Position numbers and translations under genes: made by a program. A stretch of 64,000 nt of DNA from positions 32,001 through 96,000 of IMG/VR virus record IMGVR_UViG_3300018018_000001; one strand, given 5' to 3'. This DNA is from a virus. The notes under the pieces were generated by a model. That model made no database searches, had not been told where the DNA came from, and saw nothing but the letters and a program-made list of their open reading frames with translations. This document shows, in pieces, positions 36,482-46,618 of the stretch (the first letter of the stretch is position 1; each line of letters starts with the position of its first letter).

Positions 36482-38322
36482 TGATTAGTAGTGGAATGCC
36501 AAGAGTAAACATTACGGAACTGTCCCAGGATCAAAGAGTACCCTCTTTCCCTGGAGTTTATGGGTATCTTCAATTACCCGGTGCCCCGATTGGACCTTTA
36601 GAGGAAACTTTGATTTCTTCTGATACTGAACTTTTGCAACTTTTTACCACTAATGGTAAAATTGGTGTTGGTTATGATGAATCCTATTGGGATGCTATAG
36701 CCTTCCTTAAGCAGTCTAATACACTGTGGGCAAAACGTGTAGTCAAAAATGCTTTATTTGGTGGGGTTGCCGTTAAAGAAAGGACTGCTTCTGGTTCAAG
36801 TTATCCTTTCCCAACTGGAGAGTCTGATCCTACCGCTTTCTCATTTGCCGCTCAGGATTCTTTTATCCTGTATCAGGCAAATCCGGGAACATGGGCTAAC
36901 AATCCAAATGGGGCTTTCCCAATTGCTGTGAGATTGTACGCCTATGATACGGAACCCAGTAAGGTAAAGTTACCCAATGCCTTTATGATTGAAGTTTACA
37001 ATGCCAATAACCTCAACATCCCTCTTGAGCCAGCTTGGTTAGTTTCCAAAACTGAAGGGGCAAAAGATGGATTTGGCCATAACATTTATCTTCCTGATGT
37101 TCTAAAAGGTTCTCAGTATATCAGGGCCTTTGATGATATATCTACTGAAGATTCTGTTTATCCCAAAACTACTGATGGTTCCATTTGGAGTGTGGCTATT
37201 GCGATTGCAGGATCTGGATATTCTATTAATGATATTCTCACTCTGACAGGTGGGGATAGTAATGGGACATTAAGGGTAACTCAGGTGGGGGCAGGTGGAT
37301 CTGTAACTAGAGTAACTATTCTCACACGTGGACTTGAATTTACGTCTGGAACATCCTATCCTACTTCTGTTGCTCCATCAGGTGGGGCAGGTTGTCAGAT
37401 TACCGTCACCGCAGTAGGTTTGTTCTTTGCTGCAGGAACAGATGGTGCCCAGGTTACGTCTGTAGAGATGATTGATGCTTTGACCAAAGTACAGAATCCT
37501 GATAATTTGACTGTTACCATTCTTATGGATGGTGGTTGGGCTCATGCTGAATATGCTTCCGCTCTTTGGACTATAGCCGCAGCCCGTCATGATTCTGTGG
37601 CCATTCTGTCTGTTGATCCTGCTGCTGAATTAGCTGCAGATTATATAACTCAGATTAAGGCTTATCGGGATGCAACCCTGGCTGCTAATACTTCCTATGC
37701 AGCTCTTTATACCCCTCACGTACTTATCTATGATAAGTATAATGATCGACCTTTGTATGTCCCTCCTGATGGATATGCAGCGGCTGCTCTTAGCGCAAAT
37801 GCCAGTAATACAGAATTCTGGTTTACCGCTGCTGGTGATAAAAGAGGGGTATTGAATGTTCAGGGTTTAGCTAGAATCTTTACAGATGCAGAAATTGGGG
37901 ATCTTTATGATGATCAAATTAACCCAATACGATTTACTCCAAGTAGGGGTATCCGAATTTGGGGCCAAAAAACCTTGTTACCCATTCCTGAAGATTTGCA
38001 ATCCTTGAATGTCCGTTGTCTCTTGATTGTCATTGAACCTGCTATCAAGTCTTATCTTGAGGGATTTTTGTTTGACCTTAACACCCCAGCTATGAGAAAT
38101 GATGTTCAGAATACTATTAATGCCTATATGAATGATATCAAATCCAGGACCGGGGTTACTGATTTCTATTGTGTTTGTAATGGAACCAACAATTCCAATA
38201 CAGATGAACAAAACCATGTCATGAATGTGGATTTGTACATTCAGCCCACGTTGGATGTAGAGTACATTAATTTCCAAATGATTATTACCAGGGCTGGAAT
38301 TACCTTCCAGACTGCTGGTTAA
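36481..38322 (+). CDS. Contractile tail sheath protein
   Basis: PRVNITE; WFTAAGDKRG; QINPI; IWGQKTL; LNVRCLL; FDLN; FQMII. Confidence 0.95.
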   Translation: MISSGMPRVNITELSQDQRVPSFPGVYGYLQLPGAPIGPLEETLISSDTELLQLFTTNGKIGVGYDESYWDAIAFLKQSNTLWAKRVVKNALFGGVAVKERTASGSSYPFPTGESDPTAFSFAAQDSFILYQANPGTWANNPNGAFPIAVRLYAYDTEPSKVKLPNAFMIEVYNANNLNIPLEPAWLVSKTEGAKDGFGHNIYLPDVLKGSQYIRAFDDISTEDSVYPKTTDGSIWSVAIAIAGSGYSINDILTLTGGDSNGTLRVTQVGAGGSVTRVTILTRGLEFTSGTSYPTSVAPSGGAGCQITVTAVGLFFAAGTDGAQVTSVEMIDALTKVQNPDNLTVTILMDGGWAHAEYASALWTIAAARHDSVAILSVDPAAELAADYITQIKAYRDATLAANTSYAALYTPHVLIYDKYNDRPLYVPPDGYAAAALSANASNTEFWFTAAGDKRGVLNVQGLARIFTDAEIGDLYDDQINPIRFTPSRGIRIWGQKTLLPIPEDLQSLNVRCLLIVIEPAIKSYLEGFLFDLNTPAMRNDVQNTINAYMNDIKSRTGVTDFYCVCNGTNNSNTDEQNHVMNVDLYIQPTLDVEYINFQMIITRAGITFQTAG

Positions 38323-38335
38323 GGAGGAGTTAAAC

Positions 38336-38911
38336 ATGCGTATAGAATTGAATGATGTAATCAACCAAGCAGATTGGGCTGTAAAGTATAGGTGGGATTT
38401 GAGATTTTTTGCTGTCCCTGCTGCCTTGGGTATATCCTTTAACCCAACTTTACTCAATCTGAGATGTGAATCTACAGAGATTCCAAAGTCTACTGGTAAT
38501 ACGTTTTCTGTTACCATTCGTGGGTTAGAGGATAACGTAAACCCAGGATTGTGGAAAACTGCTGGAAAGATTAAGCTGGTTTTTGTAGAATCTGTAGACA
38601 ATGAGATCCTTAACTGGATTCAATCCTGGAGAGAGGCTATTTGGAATCCTGGTATTGGAAATGGGTTAACCAAGGCCGATCTGCTTGTAGGGGTGACTTT
38701 AACCCGATTAGGTAGAAATGAAGAACCAGTTAGGTATTACACTATGGCTAAAACATTACTGGCTGATTATGATCCAGGTGGGGATTTAGAAGAGGATGAT
38801 AAGGGGGGAGTAATTAAGCCGAATGTCACTTTAGTATATCCTAATTTTGTGGAAACAGGATATCCAAAAGAGGCTATTCCTCTTGCTCCTGAACCTTCTA
38901 CTGCGATTTAA
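38336..38911 (+). CDS. Tail tube protein (gp19-like)
   Basis: Follows the sheath; LRCESTEIP...ILNWIQSW. Confidence 0.8.
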   Translation: MRIELNDVINQADWAVKYRWDLRFFAVPAALGISFNPTLLNLRCESTEIPKSTGNTFSVTIRGLEDNVNPGLWKTAGKIKLVFVESVDNEILNWIQSWREAIWNPGIGNGLTKADLLVGVTLTRLGRNEEPVRYYTMAKTLLADYDPGGDLEEDDKGGVIKPNVTLVYPNFVETGYPKEAIPLAPEPSTAI

Positions 38912-38922
38912 AGTAGGGGTTT

Positions 38923-39513
38923 ATGTACCTGAAGAACGTCAATGAGATGGTTTCTATTGAATGGAGTAGGGAGCACCTTTGGGATATAAAATTTCCAGAC
39001 CCTAATGGTGCTCCTGCACCTTTTAATAGGTGGTTTCCCGCTACTAATGTTTTTGTCCCAATGGCAATTTTAAAATCTAAGACTTTTGAAGGTCCTCTGT
39101 CTGAATATAGCATTCCCATAAAGACAGAGGAAAAGAGAATGTCAGTAACTTTTTTTGATGATACTACCCATAAGTTGCTTGATTGGATTACATACTGGAT
39201 GAATTCCACCTTTGGTAGCACTCTGGTAAGTTCCACTTCAGGTTATTTTATTACCAGTTATGTAAAGACTTTAGAAAAGATAACCAGAAGGATTGATATT
39301 TCGAGATTGGATAGTAATAAATCTGAAATTATTCTTAGTAATGGGGATGTTTATGTTGATTCTTACTTGGTTTATCCAGAAGATGTAATTGGGTTTAAAG
39401 GAGGGAATGAACCAAAACCTAATTCTTATGCAGTTAGATTCGTTATAGCAGGAATTATTAAACAGAATTTTATCATTAACATGCTTGGCCGGGGAGTGGC
39501 TATACAACAATAG
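38923..39513 (+). CDS. Second tube-like protein (tube initiator, gp54-like)
   Basis: Tube-like pattern (MSVTFFDD...LLDWITYW). Confidence 0.6.
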   Translation: MYLKNVNEMVSIEWSREHLWDIKFPDPNGAPAPFNRWFPATNVFVPMAILKSKTFEGPLSEYSIPIKTEEKRMSVTFFDDTTHKLLDWITYWMNSTFGSTLVSSTSGYFITSYVKTLEKITRRIDISRLDSNKSEIILSNGDVYVDSYLVYPEDVIGFKGGNEPKPNSYAVRFVIAGIIKQNFIINMLGRGVAIQQ

Positions 39514-39555
39514 TGTTGCACAACAATTTTGTTTTACCTCTTGGAAGGAGGGTAT

Positions 39556-40554
39556 ATGGCAAGAGTACAAAGGATTATCAAAAAAGATACTGTAGAGGAT
39601 AAAGTCCCTGCAGCATTTTTACCAGTAGATAAAGAAGAGATTAAAGAGCCGGTTGCTTTTGTTCCTGAAGCCAGGATAAAACAATTGCCCTCTAAATTCC
39701 TACCCTATCCCAAAGACTGTTCTATCTTTTATAAGCCTTATGTTTTCGGAGAATTGACAGAATTCAATGAATCTAAAGTTAATGAATCAGATAAGATAAG
39801 GTTTATACTCCAAGGAATTAGAACATCCTTTCCTGTAATGAATCTAACCTTTCATGACTATATTGTTATTACTCTTTACAGAAGAATTTCTTCTCTTGGG
39901 AATAGTAACTTTAGCTTTTCTTATGTCTGCCAAAAATGCCGAAATAAAAATAGGCATACGGCAACTTTAGACAGTTTTGAATTTCATGACCTTGATGTTC
40001 CAGACTTACCTGTTCGTGCAAAGATTGGTGGGACAGAACTTCATTTTATGCCTCTTACTATAGGAAATTATATTGATTTATTGGAATCAGGGCTTGTGGA
40101 AAGTGATGAAAAAAGAATAGTTAAAATGTTTTCCAAACAGGTAGTGAATATAAAATTTGAAGAGGCAGAAAAGATTATTTTTAATGCTTGGAATGAGGAA
40201 GTTGATATTTTGAACCATATTGATGAGTCCCTTTATCATGGAATTGAACCTATGAAAGTGACTTGTAAGAAAGTAATCAAGTCTCCAGATGTGGTGCTCA
40301 ATGGGGTTATAGCCTTATGCCAAGAAAGAGCTAAGTTAGAAAATAAAGAAGAAAAGAAAACTATATGGGAGAGTGCCGCTTCAACTTTGGAAACATTAAA
40401 TCCCCCTACTGATGGGGAACCTTGTGGCCATATTAATACAATAGCTATTAACAGGCCGGAGGTCCTGGTTCGTCCCTTTCGTCTTGATCGACAATCTTTA
40501 CGAAGTAGGATTCAATTTGGCTTGGGGGGGAATAGTCAATCCGTATCAGCTTAA
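39556..40554 (+). CDS. Baseplate hub / tail assembly chaperone (T4 gp26-like)
   Basis: CQKC Zn motif, FMPLTIG; located before the tape measure. Confidence 0.7.
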   Translation: MARVQRIIKKDTVEDKVPAAFLPVDKEEIKEPVAFVPEARIKQLPSKFLPYPKDCSIFYKPYVFGELTEFNESKVNESDKIRFILQGIRTSFPVMNLTFHDYIVITLYRRISSLGNSNFSFSYVCQKCRNKNRHTATLDSFEFHDLDVPDLPVRAKIGGTELHFMPLTIGNYIDLLESGLVESDEKRIVKMFSKQVVNIKFEEAEKIIFNAWNEEVDILNHIDESLYHGIEPMKVTCKKVIKSPDVVLNGVIALCQERAKLENKEEKKTIWESAASTLETLNPPTDGEPCGHINTIAINRPEVLVRPFRLDRQSLRSRIQFGLGGNSQSVSA

Positions 40555-40615
40555 ATTTATGCAATATGGGGAAGCAAGAAGATATATGAAATTACTTGTG
40601 GATAAGGCAAAATAA
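40475..40615 (+). CDS. Overlapping +1-frame ORF (chaperone C-terminal module)
   Basis: ...FVLIDNLYEVGFNLAWGGIVNPYQLKFMQYGEARRYMKLLVDKAK; stop abuts the tape-measure ATG. Confidence 0.6.
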   Translation, partial: PFVLIDNLYEVGFNLAWGGIVNPYQLKFMQYGEARRYMKLLVDKAK

Positions 40616-42388
40616 ATGGCGGTTGACAGAGCTACATTACCAAAATCTCCTGATAGAATTTCAGACTTGATTTCTAAAATTGGAACAGGGATAGCTCAAG
40701 CTGCATTGGGTGCTGCTGGAATGACTCCCCCTAAGGGTTCTCATACCTTTGGCTTAGAGGGATTAGCTAACCTTGTTAAAACCCATATGGCTGAAAGTAA
40801 AGAAACCCAAGATAAAGCGGAAAAGCTTAATGTCTCTCCTGAAGAATATAGCTCAAGGAAAGAGCTTAAGGAATTACAAGAGCAAATCAAAGAAGTACAG
40901 GAACTTCAGAAAAAAATAGGAATTGGAATTGATTTTGGTAAAGAGTTTCCTAAACTCTTTGAGGATTCAAGCAAGAATATAAAAGATGGTTTTGGTGAAG
41001 TAGCTGATGCAATATCTGACCAGCCCAAGAAACAGATAGAGGAATTAAAAAAGGCAGGATTTGGAAAGAAAGAAGAGGGGGGAATTGGTGAGGCTCTTTT
41101 TGGTGGTGGGGGGTTAGCTAAATATAGACAATCGGCTGTTCAGTTAGCTCTTGCTGGATCAGGTTTAGGTGGTATTGAGGAAGTATTTGGGATTAGTGGA
41201 AGAATTGAAAAAGTAATTGAACAGACCAAAGAACGGAGAGAAAAATCCAAAGAAGAAGAGGAAACTGCTAAAAAGTTAGGGGTTAGTCCAGAAGAGTATC
41301 GGCAAGCTAAAGAGACTTATGACATTAAAAAAGAGCGGAGAGAGCTTCATGAGGAAGCAGTATCCTTGGGATTAAGGGGTTTTTCTGATGTTGCTGCTGA
41401 AATAGAATCTGAAAAGACACAAAAAGCTGCCGCAAAAGTATCTACCAAACCGGGGGCTGCTCTTACTGAAGATACCCTAAAAGATTTTGTTGAGGGTGTT
41501 AGAGAGGGAGTTACTGATGGTTTAAAAGAGGCAGGAATTGTTCCAGGTGGTCCTGGTGGACAGGGAGAAAGTCTTGCCGAAATAGCGGATAATACCCAGA
41601 AAACCCATGAGGAAATTGCCGATCTCCATGATACCATGAAAACTAGAGATCAAAGTTTAGTTCAGCCTATTGTGGATAAATTGGATGAGCAACAATCCTC
41701 TTTAGAGGAAATTTCTGGGAATACTGAGGGTATTAAACAGACTGCGGAAGAGGATAAAGAAGAAAAGAAAAAAGAGGGTGTTGGGGGAAAGGGTCTTATA
41801 GGATCTATTATAAGTGGTGCTGTTAGTGCTATTGGCAGTGCTGTTACCAGTCCTGCAGGAATATTAACAATAGCAGGAATATTAGCTGGTATGGTTGGAT
41901 ATAAATTTGGAAAGAAAGCGGAATTAGCTAAAGAGGAAAGAGAAGATAAAGAGATAATAAGTGAAAAAGAGAAAAGAGATAAAGTAATCGCAGATGAATT
42001 AAGAAAAAGAGGAATGTCAGAAGAAGATATTAAAAAATCCCTAACACCGGGAATGCATCTTGATTTACGGGAAGGGGATATTCCAAAAACAAAAGAAGAC
42101 TTTGAAAAAAGAAAAAAAAGTGCAGGAAAAGGACTGCTTGGTAAATTATCTGACATAGTTGTTCCTGAAGTTAGTGCTGCAGAAATTCCTATTTCGGCAA
42201 CGGGAATTAGGACTGTTCCAGCAACCCCAATTCCTATTCCTTCAGGTGGAATTAAACCTGGATCTGAGGCTCAACCGCAGCAACCTGTGATTAATAATTT
42301 CAATATTCAAAGTCCTCCAGCACCGATAACTATTGAAAGAGAATCTTATGTTAGAGGTTTACAAAATCTATCTTGGCTTCCTTGGTAA
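40616..42388 (+). CDS. Tape measure protein (putative)
   Basis: 590 aa helical, E/K/A/G-rich; canonical position. Confidence 0.7.
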   Translation: MAVDRATLPKSPDRISDLISKIGTGIAQAALGAAGMTPPKGSHTFGLEGLANLVKTHMAESKETQDKAEKLNVSPEEYSSRKELKELQEQIKEVQELQKKIGIGIDFGKEFPKLFEDSSKNIKDGFGEVADAISDQPKKQIEELKKAGFGKKEEGGIGEALFGGGGLAKYRQSAVQLALAGSGLGGIEEVFGISGRIEKVIEQTKERREKSKEEEETAKKLGVSPEEYRQAKETYDIKKERRELHEEAVSLGLRGFSDVAAEIESEKTQKAAAKVSTKPGAALTEDTLKDFVEGVREGVTDGLKEAGIVPGGPGGQGESLAEIADNTQKTHEEIADLHDTMKTRDQSLVQPIVDKLDEQQSSLEEISGNTEGIKQTAEEDKEEKKKEGVGGKGLIGSIISGAVSAIGSAVTSPAGILTIAGILAGMVGYKFGKKAELAKEEREDKEIISEKEKRDKVIADELRKRGMSEEDIKKSLTPGMHLDLREGDIPKTKEDFEKRKKSAGKGLLGKLSDIVVPEVSAAEIPISATGIRTVPATPIPIPSGGIKPGSEAQPQQPVINNFNIQSPPAPITIERESYVRGLQNLSWLPW

Positions 42389-42396
42389 GGTGAGAT

Positions 42397-43224
42397 ATGC
42401 CTGATAATCATTTATTTGATCAAATGATGTCTGACCCTAATGCTCAGGTGACTCTTATTATATATTCTAGTAAGGTTGTCCCTCCCCCAAATAATATCTT
42501 GACAGGGTTTTTGCAACAGGATTTTTCTTTTAATAGTCAGGCTAGTTGGAATTCCCCTTTTGAGACTTTTGGTGGAATATTCAAACTTCTTAATAGTGTT
42601 AGGAACTTGGCATCAACTCTTATTGCCTCTACAGGATTTAAAGATCTTGCACAGAAGATTCCTATTCCTATGTCTTTTGCTCAAACTATAAAAGATTACA
42701 TGGGATCTACCCCCCCTGAATTTGATTTGACTATGACTTTTGTGGCGACTAAAGATGCTGATCAAAAAAAGCCTGTGAGTAATATATCTACTTTATTGGC
42801 ATGTACCTCTCCCGTTTCCAGTTCTAGTACCCCGGGTTCAGTTTTGGATTTTATGAAACCTCCTTTGGGTTATGTACATGCTCTTACAAATCCTGAGGAT
42901 GGAGTTGTTAACTTAAAAATAGGACAATGGCTGCAAATACCCAAACTCTTGATTTCTTCAGTTCGTCCTACTTATTCCAAACAGGTTGGAAAATTGGGAT
43001 TTCCTATTTATACTACTGCCCAAATTCATTTTGAATATTTTAGGACACCTAGTTATGAGGAAATTCAATCTTGGTTTACAGGGAAATTTATTTCTCTTGA
43101 TACTACACCAACAGGGGATACTGGGGAAGTGAAGGATAAAACTCCATCTCCCCCAAACAATATACCTGTTGCTCCAATACCGCCACCTAGTTCTATTTTC
43201 CCTAAGTTAGGGAATGGTGCATAG
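42397..43224 (+). CDS. Baseplate tube-cap-like protein (gp48-like)
   Basis: PPEFDLTMTF; VNLKIGQWL; VRPTYS. Confidence 0.6.
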   Translation: MPDNHLFDQMMSDPNAQVTLIIYSSKVVPPPNNILTGFLQQDFSFNSQASWNSPFETFGGIFKLLNSVRNLASTLIASTGFKDLAQKIPIPMSFAQTIKDYMGSTPPEFDLTMTFVATKDADQKKPVSNISTLLACTSPVSSSSTPGSVLDFMKPPLGYVHALTNPEDGVVNLKIGQWLQIPKLLISSVRPTYSKQVGKLGFPIYTTAQIHFEYFRTPSYEEIQSWFTGKFISLDTTPTGDTGEVKDKTPSPPNNIPVAPIPPPSSIFPKLGNGA

Positions 43225-43232
43225 GAAATTTA

Positions 43233-44162
43233 ATGTTTTATATAGATCCAAGTAAAAATCTTCCAAAGAGATATGACATTGCTAAATTCTTAGAATATTT
43301 GACACCCCCTCCTGTTTCTGAGGGTCCTGTATTCGATGTTTTAGCAAGTTATTTCTGGAATAAGGTTCCTGATCTACTCTTAGGTGGAAACTACCTTGTA
43401 GTGGGAGAGGCCAATCGCCCGGATTTGATTTCTTACAGGATTTATGGGGATACACAATACTATTGGATTATTATGCTTTATAATGGAATTTCGTTTAATG
43501 AAGATGTTGTAATGGGATTGACATTAAATTATCCCTCTCTGAAAGACTTAGAGGATCTTTATTTTAAACTTAATTCCTTACAGACCAATGCTAATGCAGC
43601 GGCTATTTTGGCTGCTGAAGCCCCAACACCTGCTGTAACTTTAGATTCTATAGTAATATCCCCCTCTGCTCCCAGTCTTGCAATTGGGGCTACTCTAGCA
43701 TTTACTGCTACTGGAACATATTCAGATGGGACAATTAGGGATGTGACTTCACAAGTTATTTGGGCTACAACTTTAGCGGCTATAGCAACCATTAATTCTA
43801 ATGGGGTAGTAACAGCTATCTCAGTAGGAACAGTGACTATTTCCTGTTCCCTAAATATGATTGAGGCAGGAATACCTCTTATAGTTACAACTGTTGCTGT
43901 TACACCTCAATTAATATTTCTTGCTCCTGCAGGACAGAGTATACCACATGGAAGTGTTATACAATTTTCGGCTACTATGGTTTTCTCCGATGGTACTGCT
44001 GCGGATATAACCTCAGCACCAGGAGTAGTTTGGGCTTCATCAAATGCAACAGCGGCTACAGTTAATAGTAATGGTTTGGTTTCAACTCATAATCCTGGTT
44101 CCACAATAATTTCCTGTACTCTGGGGTCTCTTGTAGGGGCTATGCCATTGATTGTTACTTAA
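43233..44162 (+). CDS. Baseplate wedge gp53/LysM-like protein plus two Ig-like (Big_2) domains
   Basis: RPDLISYRIYGDTQYYWIIMLYN; two repeats of ATGTYSDGT..DVT..V.W. Confidence 0.8.
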   Translation: MFYIDPSKNLPKRYDIAKFLEYLTPPPVSEGPVFDVLASYFWNKVPDLLLGGNYLVVGEANRPDLISYRIYGDTQYYWIIMLYNGISFNEDVVMGLTLNYPSLKDLEDLYFKLNSLQTNANAAAILAAEAPTPAVTLDSIVISPSAPSLAIGATLAFTATGTYSDGTIRDVTSQVIWATTLAAIATINSNGVVTAISVGTVTISCSLNMIEAGIPLIVTTVAVTPQLIFLAPAGQSIPHGSVIQFSATMVFSDGTAADITSAPGVVWASSNATAATVNSNGLVSTHNPGSTIISCTLGSLVGAMPLIVT

Positions 44163-44171
44163 GAGATTGAA

Positions 44172-45311
44172 ATGATTAATCTTTCTGGACAATATTCTTT
44201 GGTCTTTTCTGTGGCGGGATTTGATGATTTTCTCACAGAATTAGACCTCCAATACCTAAAAGTTGTAGAGGAAGCGGGGAATATTTTGCCTACTTTCGAG
44301 ATTGTTTTTACTCTTTTGGACAAGAATATTCTTAAGTATCTTAATGAAGGAAATCCCTTCTACATTTCTTTTGGTGAGGATGGATCAAATCTTACTACAT
44401 CCTCTTTTAGGATTATGGGTAAAAATCTTAATAAGCTTGGGCAGGGAAAATATATTGTTAGACTCATGGGTGTCTATAATGCATTTCCTTACTACACTGA
44501 TTGTAAAATACAAATTACTGATAAGGTTTCTGGAATAAAGGTTATCCAGGATGTTGCTTCGCAGCATTTTAGTACAGTGGATTCCAATATTGCAAACTCT
44601 CAGGATAATCAAGCCTGGATTCAACATAATACCCCTGATAGAGTTTTTGTGAATGAAGTTTGGATGCATAGTCATATTGCTAATTCCTTCCCGGCTATAG
44701 GGATAACCAGTCAAGGAATTTTTGTTCTCAGGGATGTAAGAAAATTATCTGTAGGGGATTATACATGGAAATTTGTTTCGGCATATGATGACATTACTGA
44801 TCCTAAGGAAATTCTCATTGATCCTGCCTATAGTATGGAATCAATGACTGGTCTTGTTAATGCTTGGGTGGGTTATGGTAAGGAAAAGAATTTGTGGGAT
44901 GTAGACAAGAGTGTTGCAAGTGTAGATAAACCCGCACTTACACCCATGTTAGCCTCATCTTCTGCTCTTGACCGTTTGACTATAGCTGGTAAGAGGGCTG
45001 CTGAATTTAATTTAATAAATGAGAATGTAGATTCCCATTATTGGACAGCATATCAGAATAATTTGGCTTATTTGACTGTTTTTGGTTGTACTGGAATGTT
45101 AATCTCTTTTACCAAGAGATTTGCCAATGTGAAAGTTCTGGATTTGGTAAATTTAAGAGACCCAGACATTGACCTTGCTCAATCAGGGGAACTTTATTCT
45201 GGTTCTTATTTGGTAAGCAAAGTAGTTAGAATAGTGGAAAATAAAATCCCTGTTACGATGGTTGAATTGAATCGTGAATCTCTTGCGGGATTGCAGGGAG
45301 ATATTAAATAA
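44172..45311 (+). CDS. Baseplate hub protein (gp27-like)
   Basis: Position before the spike; YLVSKVVR...TMVELNRE. Confidence 0.65.
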   Translation: MINLSGQYSLVFSVAGFDDFLTELDLQYLKVVEEAGNILPTFEIVFTLLDKNILKYLNEGNPFYISFGEDGSNLTTSSFRIMGKNLNKLGQGKYIVRLMGVYNAFPYYTDCKIQITDKVSGIKVIQDVASQHFSTVDSNIANSQDNQAWIQHNTPDRVFVNEVWMHSHIANSFPAIGITSQGIFVLRDVRKLSVGDYTWKFVSAYDDITDPKEILIDPAYSMESMTGLVNAWVGYGKEKNLWDVDKSVASVDKPALTPMLASSSALDRLTIAGKRAAEFNLINENVDSHYWTAYQNNLAYLTVFGCTGMLISFTKRFANVKVLDLVNLRDPDIDLAQSGELYSGSYLVSKVVRIVENKIPVTMVELNRESLAGLQGDIK

Positions 45312-46423
45312 TGCTGCTTAGCTTGGCGGATTGGTTCTCAAGGAATGATGATTTAAGTAGACCTCACAGGGGGGTTGTTATTGAAAATAATGACCCTAAG
45401 AAGCGGAGGAGAGTCAAGGTTAGGATTACTGGATTCCTTGAGGGAATTAATCTTCCTTGGATATATCCTAAGAATCCCTCTTTCCTTGGTGGAGGTCAGG
45501 GTTCAATTGATTTTGCTATCCCTGAAATTGGATCTGAAGTAATAGTAGAATTTCCTTTTAAGGATATATATTTTGGATTCTATACAGGGCATTGGGGAAC
45601 TAAAGATGAGCCTAAAGAATTCACTGCTTGGTCAATGGATTTATTCCCCTTTGTTGAGTTTGATGAAAATTATCCTGATTCTTATGGGTTTAGGGATTCC
45701 GTTGGTAACTATTTCAGAGTTAACAAAATTAAGAATACCATGGAAATCTATCATAAATCCACTACCAGTAATGAGACTCGAATCACTATTAGAGATGGTG
45801 GACAGGTTGACATTTTTACTCTTGGGAACTTTAGTATAACCAATTCAGGAGATATAGACCTAAATACTACAGGGACTATTAATGTAATGGTTCCACTTGG
45901 TGGTGCTAAAATTAGTTTTAATGGTTTGGCTAATGTTCCCTTAGTGGTGGCAACGGTTAGTTCACTTGGAAGTCTTTCTGTGGCTGTTCCTATAGGTGGA
46001 GTGAGTATAGAAGTTACTGAGGCTTTAGATATTGCTTCTAGTTCAATAAATATAGCTACCTTAGCTAATGCAAATATCTTAGTAGGAGGAGAAGCTAGTA
46101 TTAATGCTGCAGGAAAGGTTACTATTGTGTCTGGTGGGGATACAGATATTACCACAGGAGGAGTAGCTAATATCACTGCGGGAGGAACAGCTAATATAAC
46201 TGCTGGTGGAGATGTAAATGTCCAAACATCAGGTATTCTTAATGCCACCGCTGTAAGTATTGTGGTTCAATCTGCTACTGCTGTGTTAGTTGAATCCTTA
46301 GTATCAATAGCAGTACAAGCACCACAAGTATTATTAGGGCCAGTAATATCACCAAGTGGTTATCAACCTTTAGTAACTGAAGGTGGACATTTTAGTTTTG
46401 GTGTTCTTTGTGCATCATCATAG
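45311..46423 (+). CDS. Baseplate central spike (gp5-like OB-fold plus beta-helix, no lysozyme domain)
   Basis: NDPKKRRRVKVRI; IPEIGSEVIVEF; 8-residue repeats (ANITAGG). Confidence 0.88.
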   Translation: MLLSLADWFSRNDDLSRPHRGVVIENNDPKKRRRVKVRITGFLEGINLPWIYPKNPSFLGGGQGSIDFAIPEIGSEVIVEFPFKDIYFGFYTGHWGTKDEPKEFTAWSMDLFPFVEFDENYPDSYGFRDSVGNYFRVNKIKNTMEIYHKSTTSNETRITIRDGGQVDIFTLGNFSITNSGDIDLNTTGTINVMVPLGGAKISFNGLANVPLVVATVSSLGSLSVAVPIGGVSIEVTEALDIASSSINIATLANANILVGGEASINAAGKVTIVSGGDTDITTGGVANITAGGTANITAGGDVNVQTSGILNATAVSIVVQSATAVLVESLVSIAVQAPQVLLGPVISPSGYQPLVTEGGHFSFGVLCASS

Positions 46424-46431
46424 GAGTTTTT

Positions 46432-46617
46432 ATGGAAGAATCAAAGTCAAAAAAGCTTATAAAACTTATGAAAAATGAACAGGGTGGTCCAGGACCGGGG
46501 CCAGGTCCAGGTGCAGGAAAAGGAATAGGGCCACAAGGAAGTGTGGCCACACTTGGACGTATACCACAGGGTTTTTTGACAAAGAGGAGGAAGAAAAGAT
46601 TAGCAAAGGGGGAATGA
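46432..46617 (+). CDS. Small GP-repeat basic protein (leader-like SKSKKLIKLMKNE)
   Basis: ATG 46432 after AGGAG; GPGPGPGPG; basic C-terminus. Confidence 0.55.
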   Translation: MEESKSKKLIKLMKNEQGGPGPGPGPGAGKGIGPQGSVATLGRIPQGFLTKRRKKRLAKGE

Positions 46618-46618
46618 T

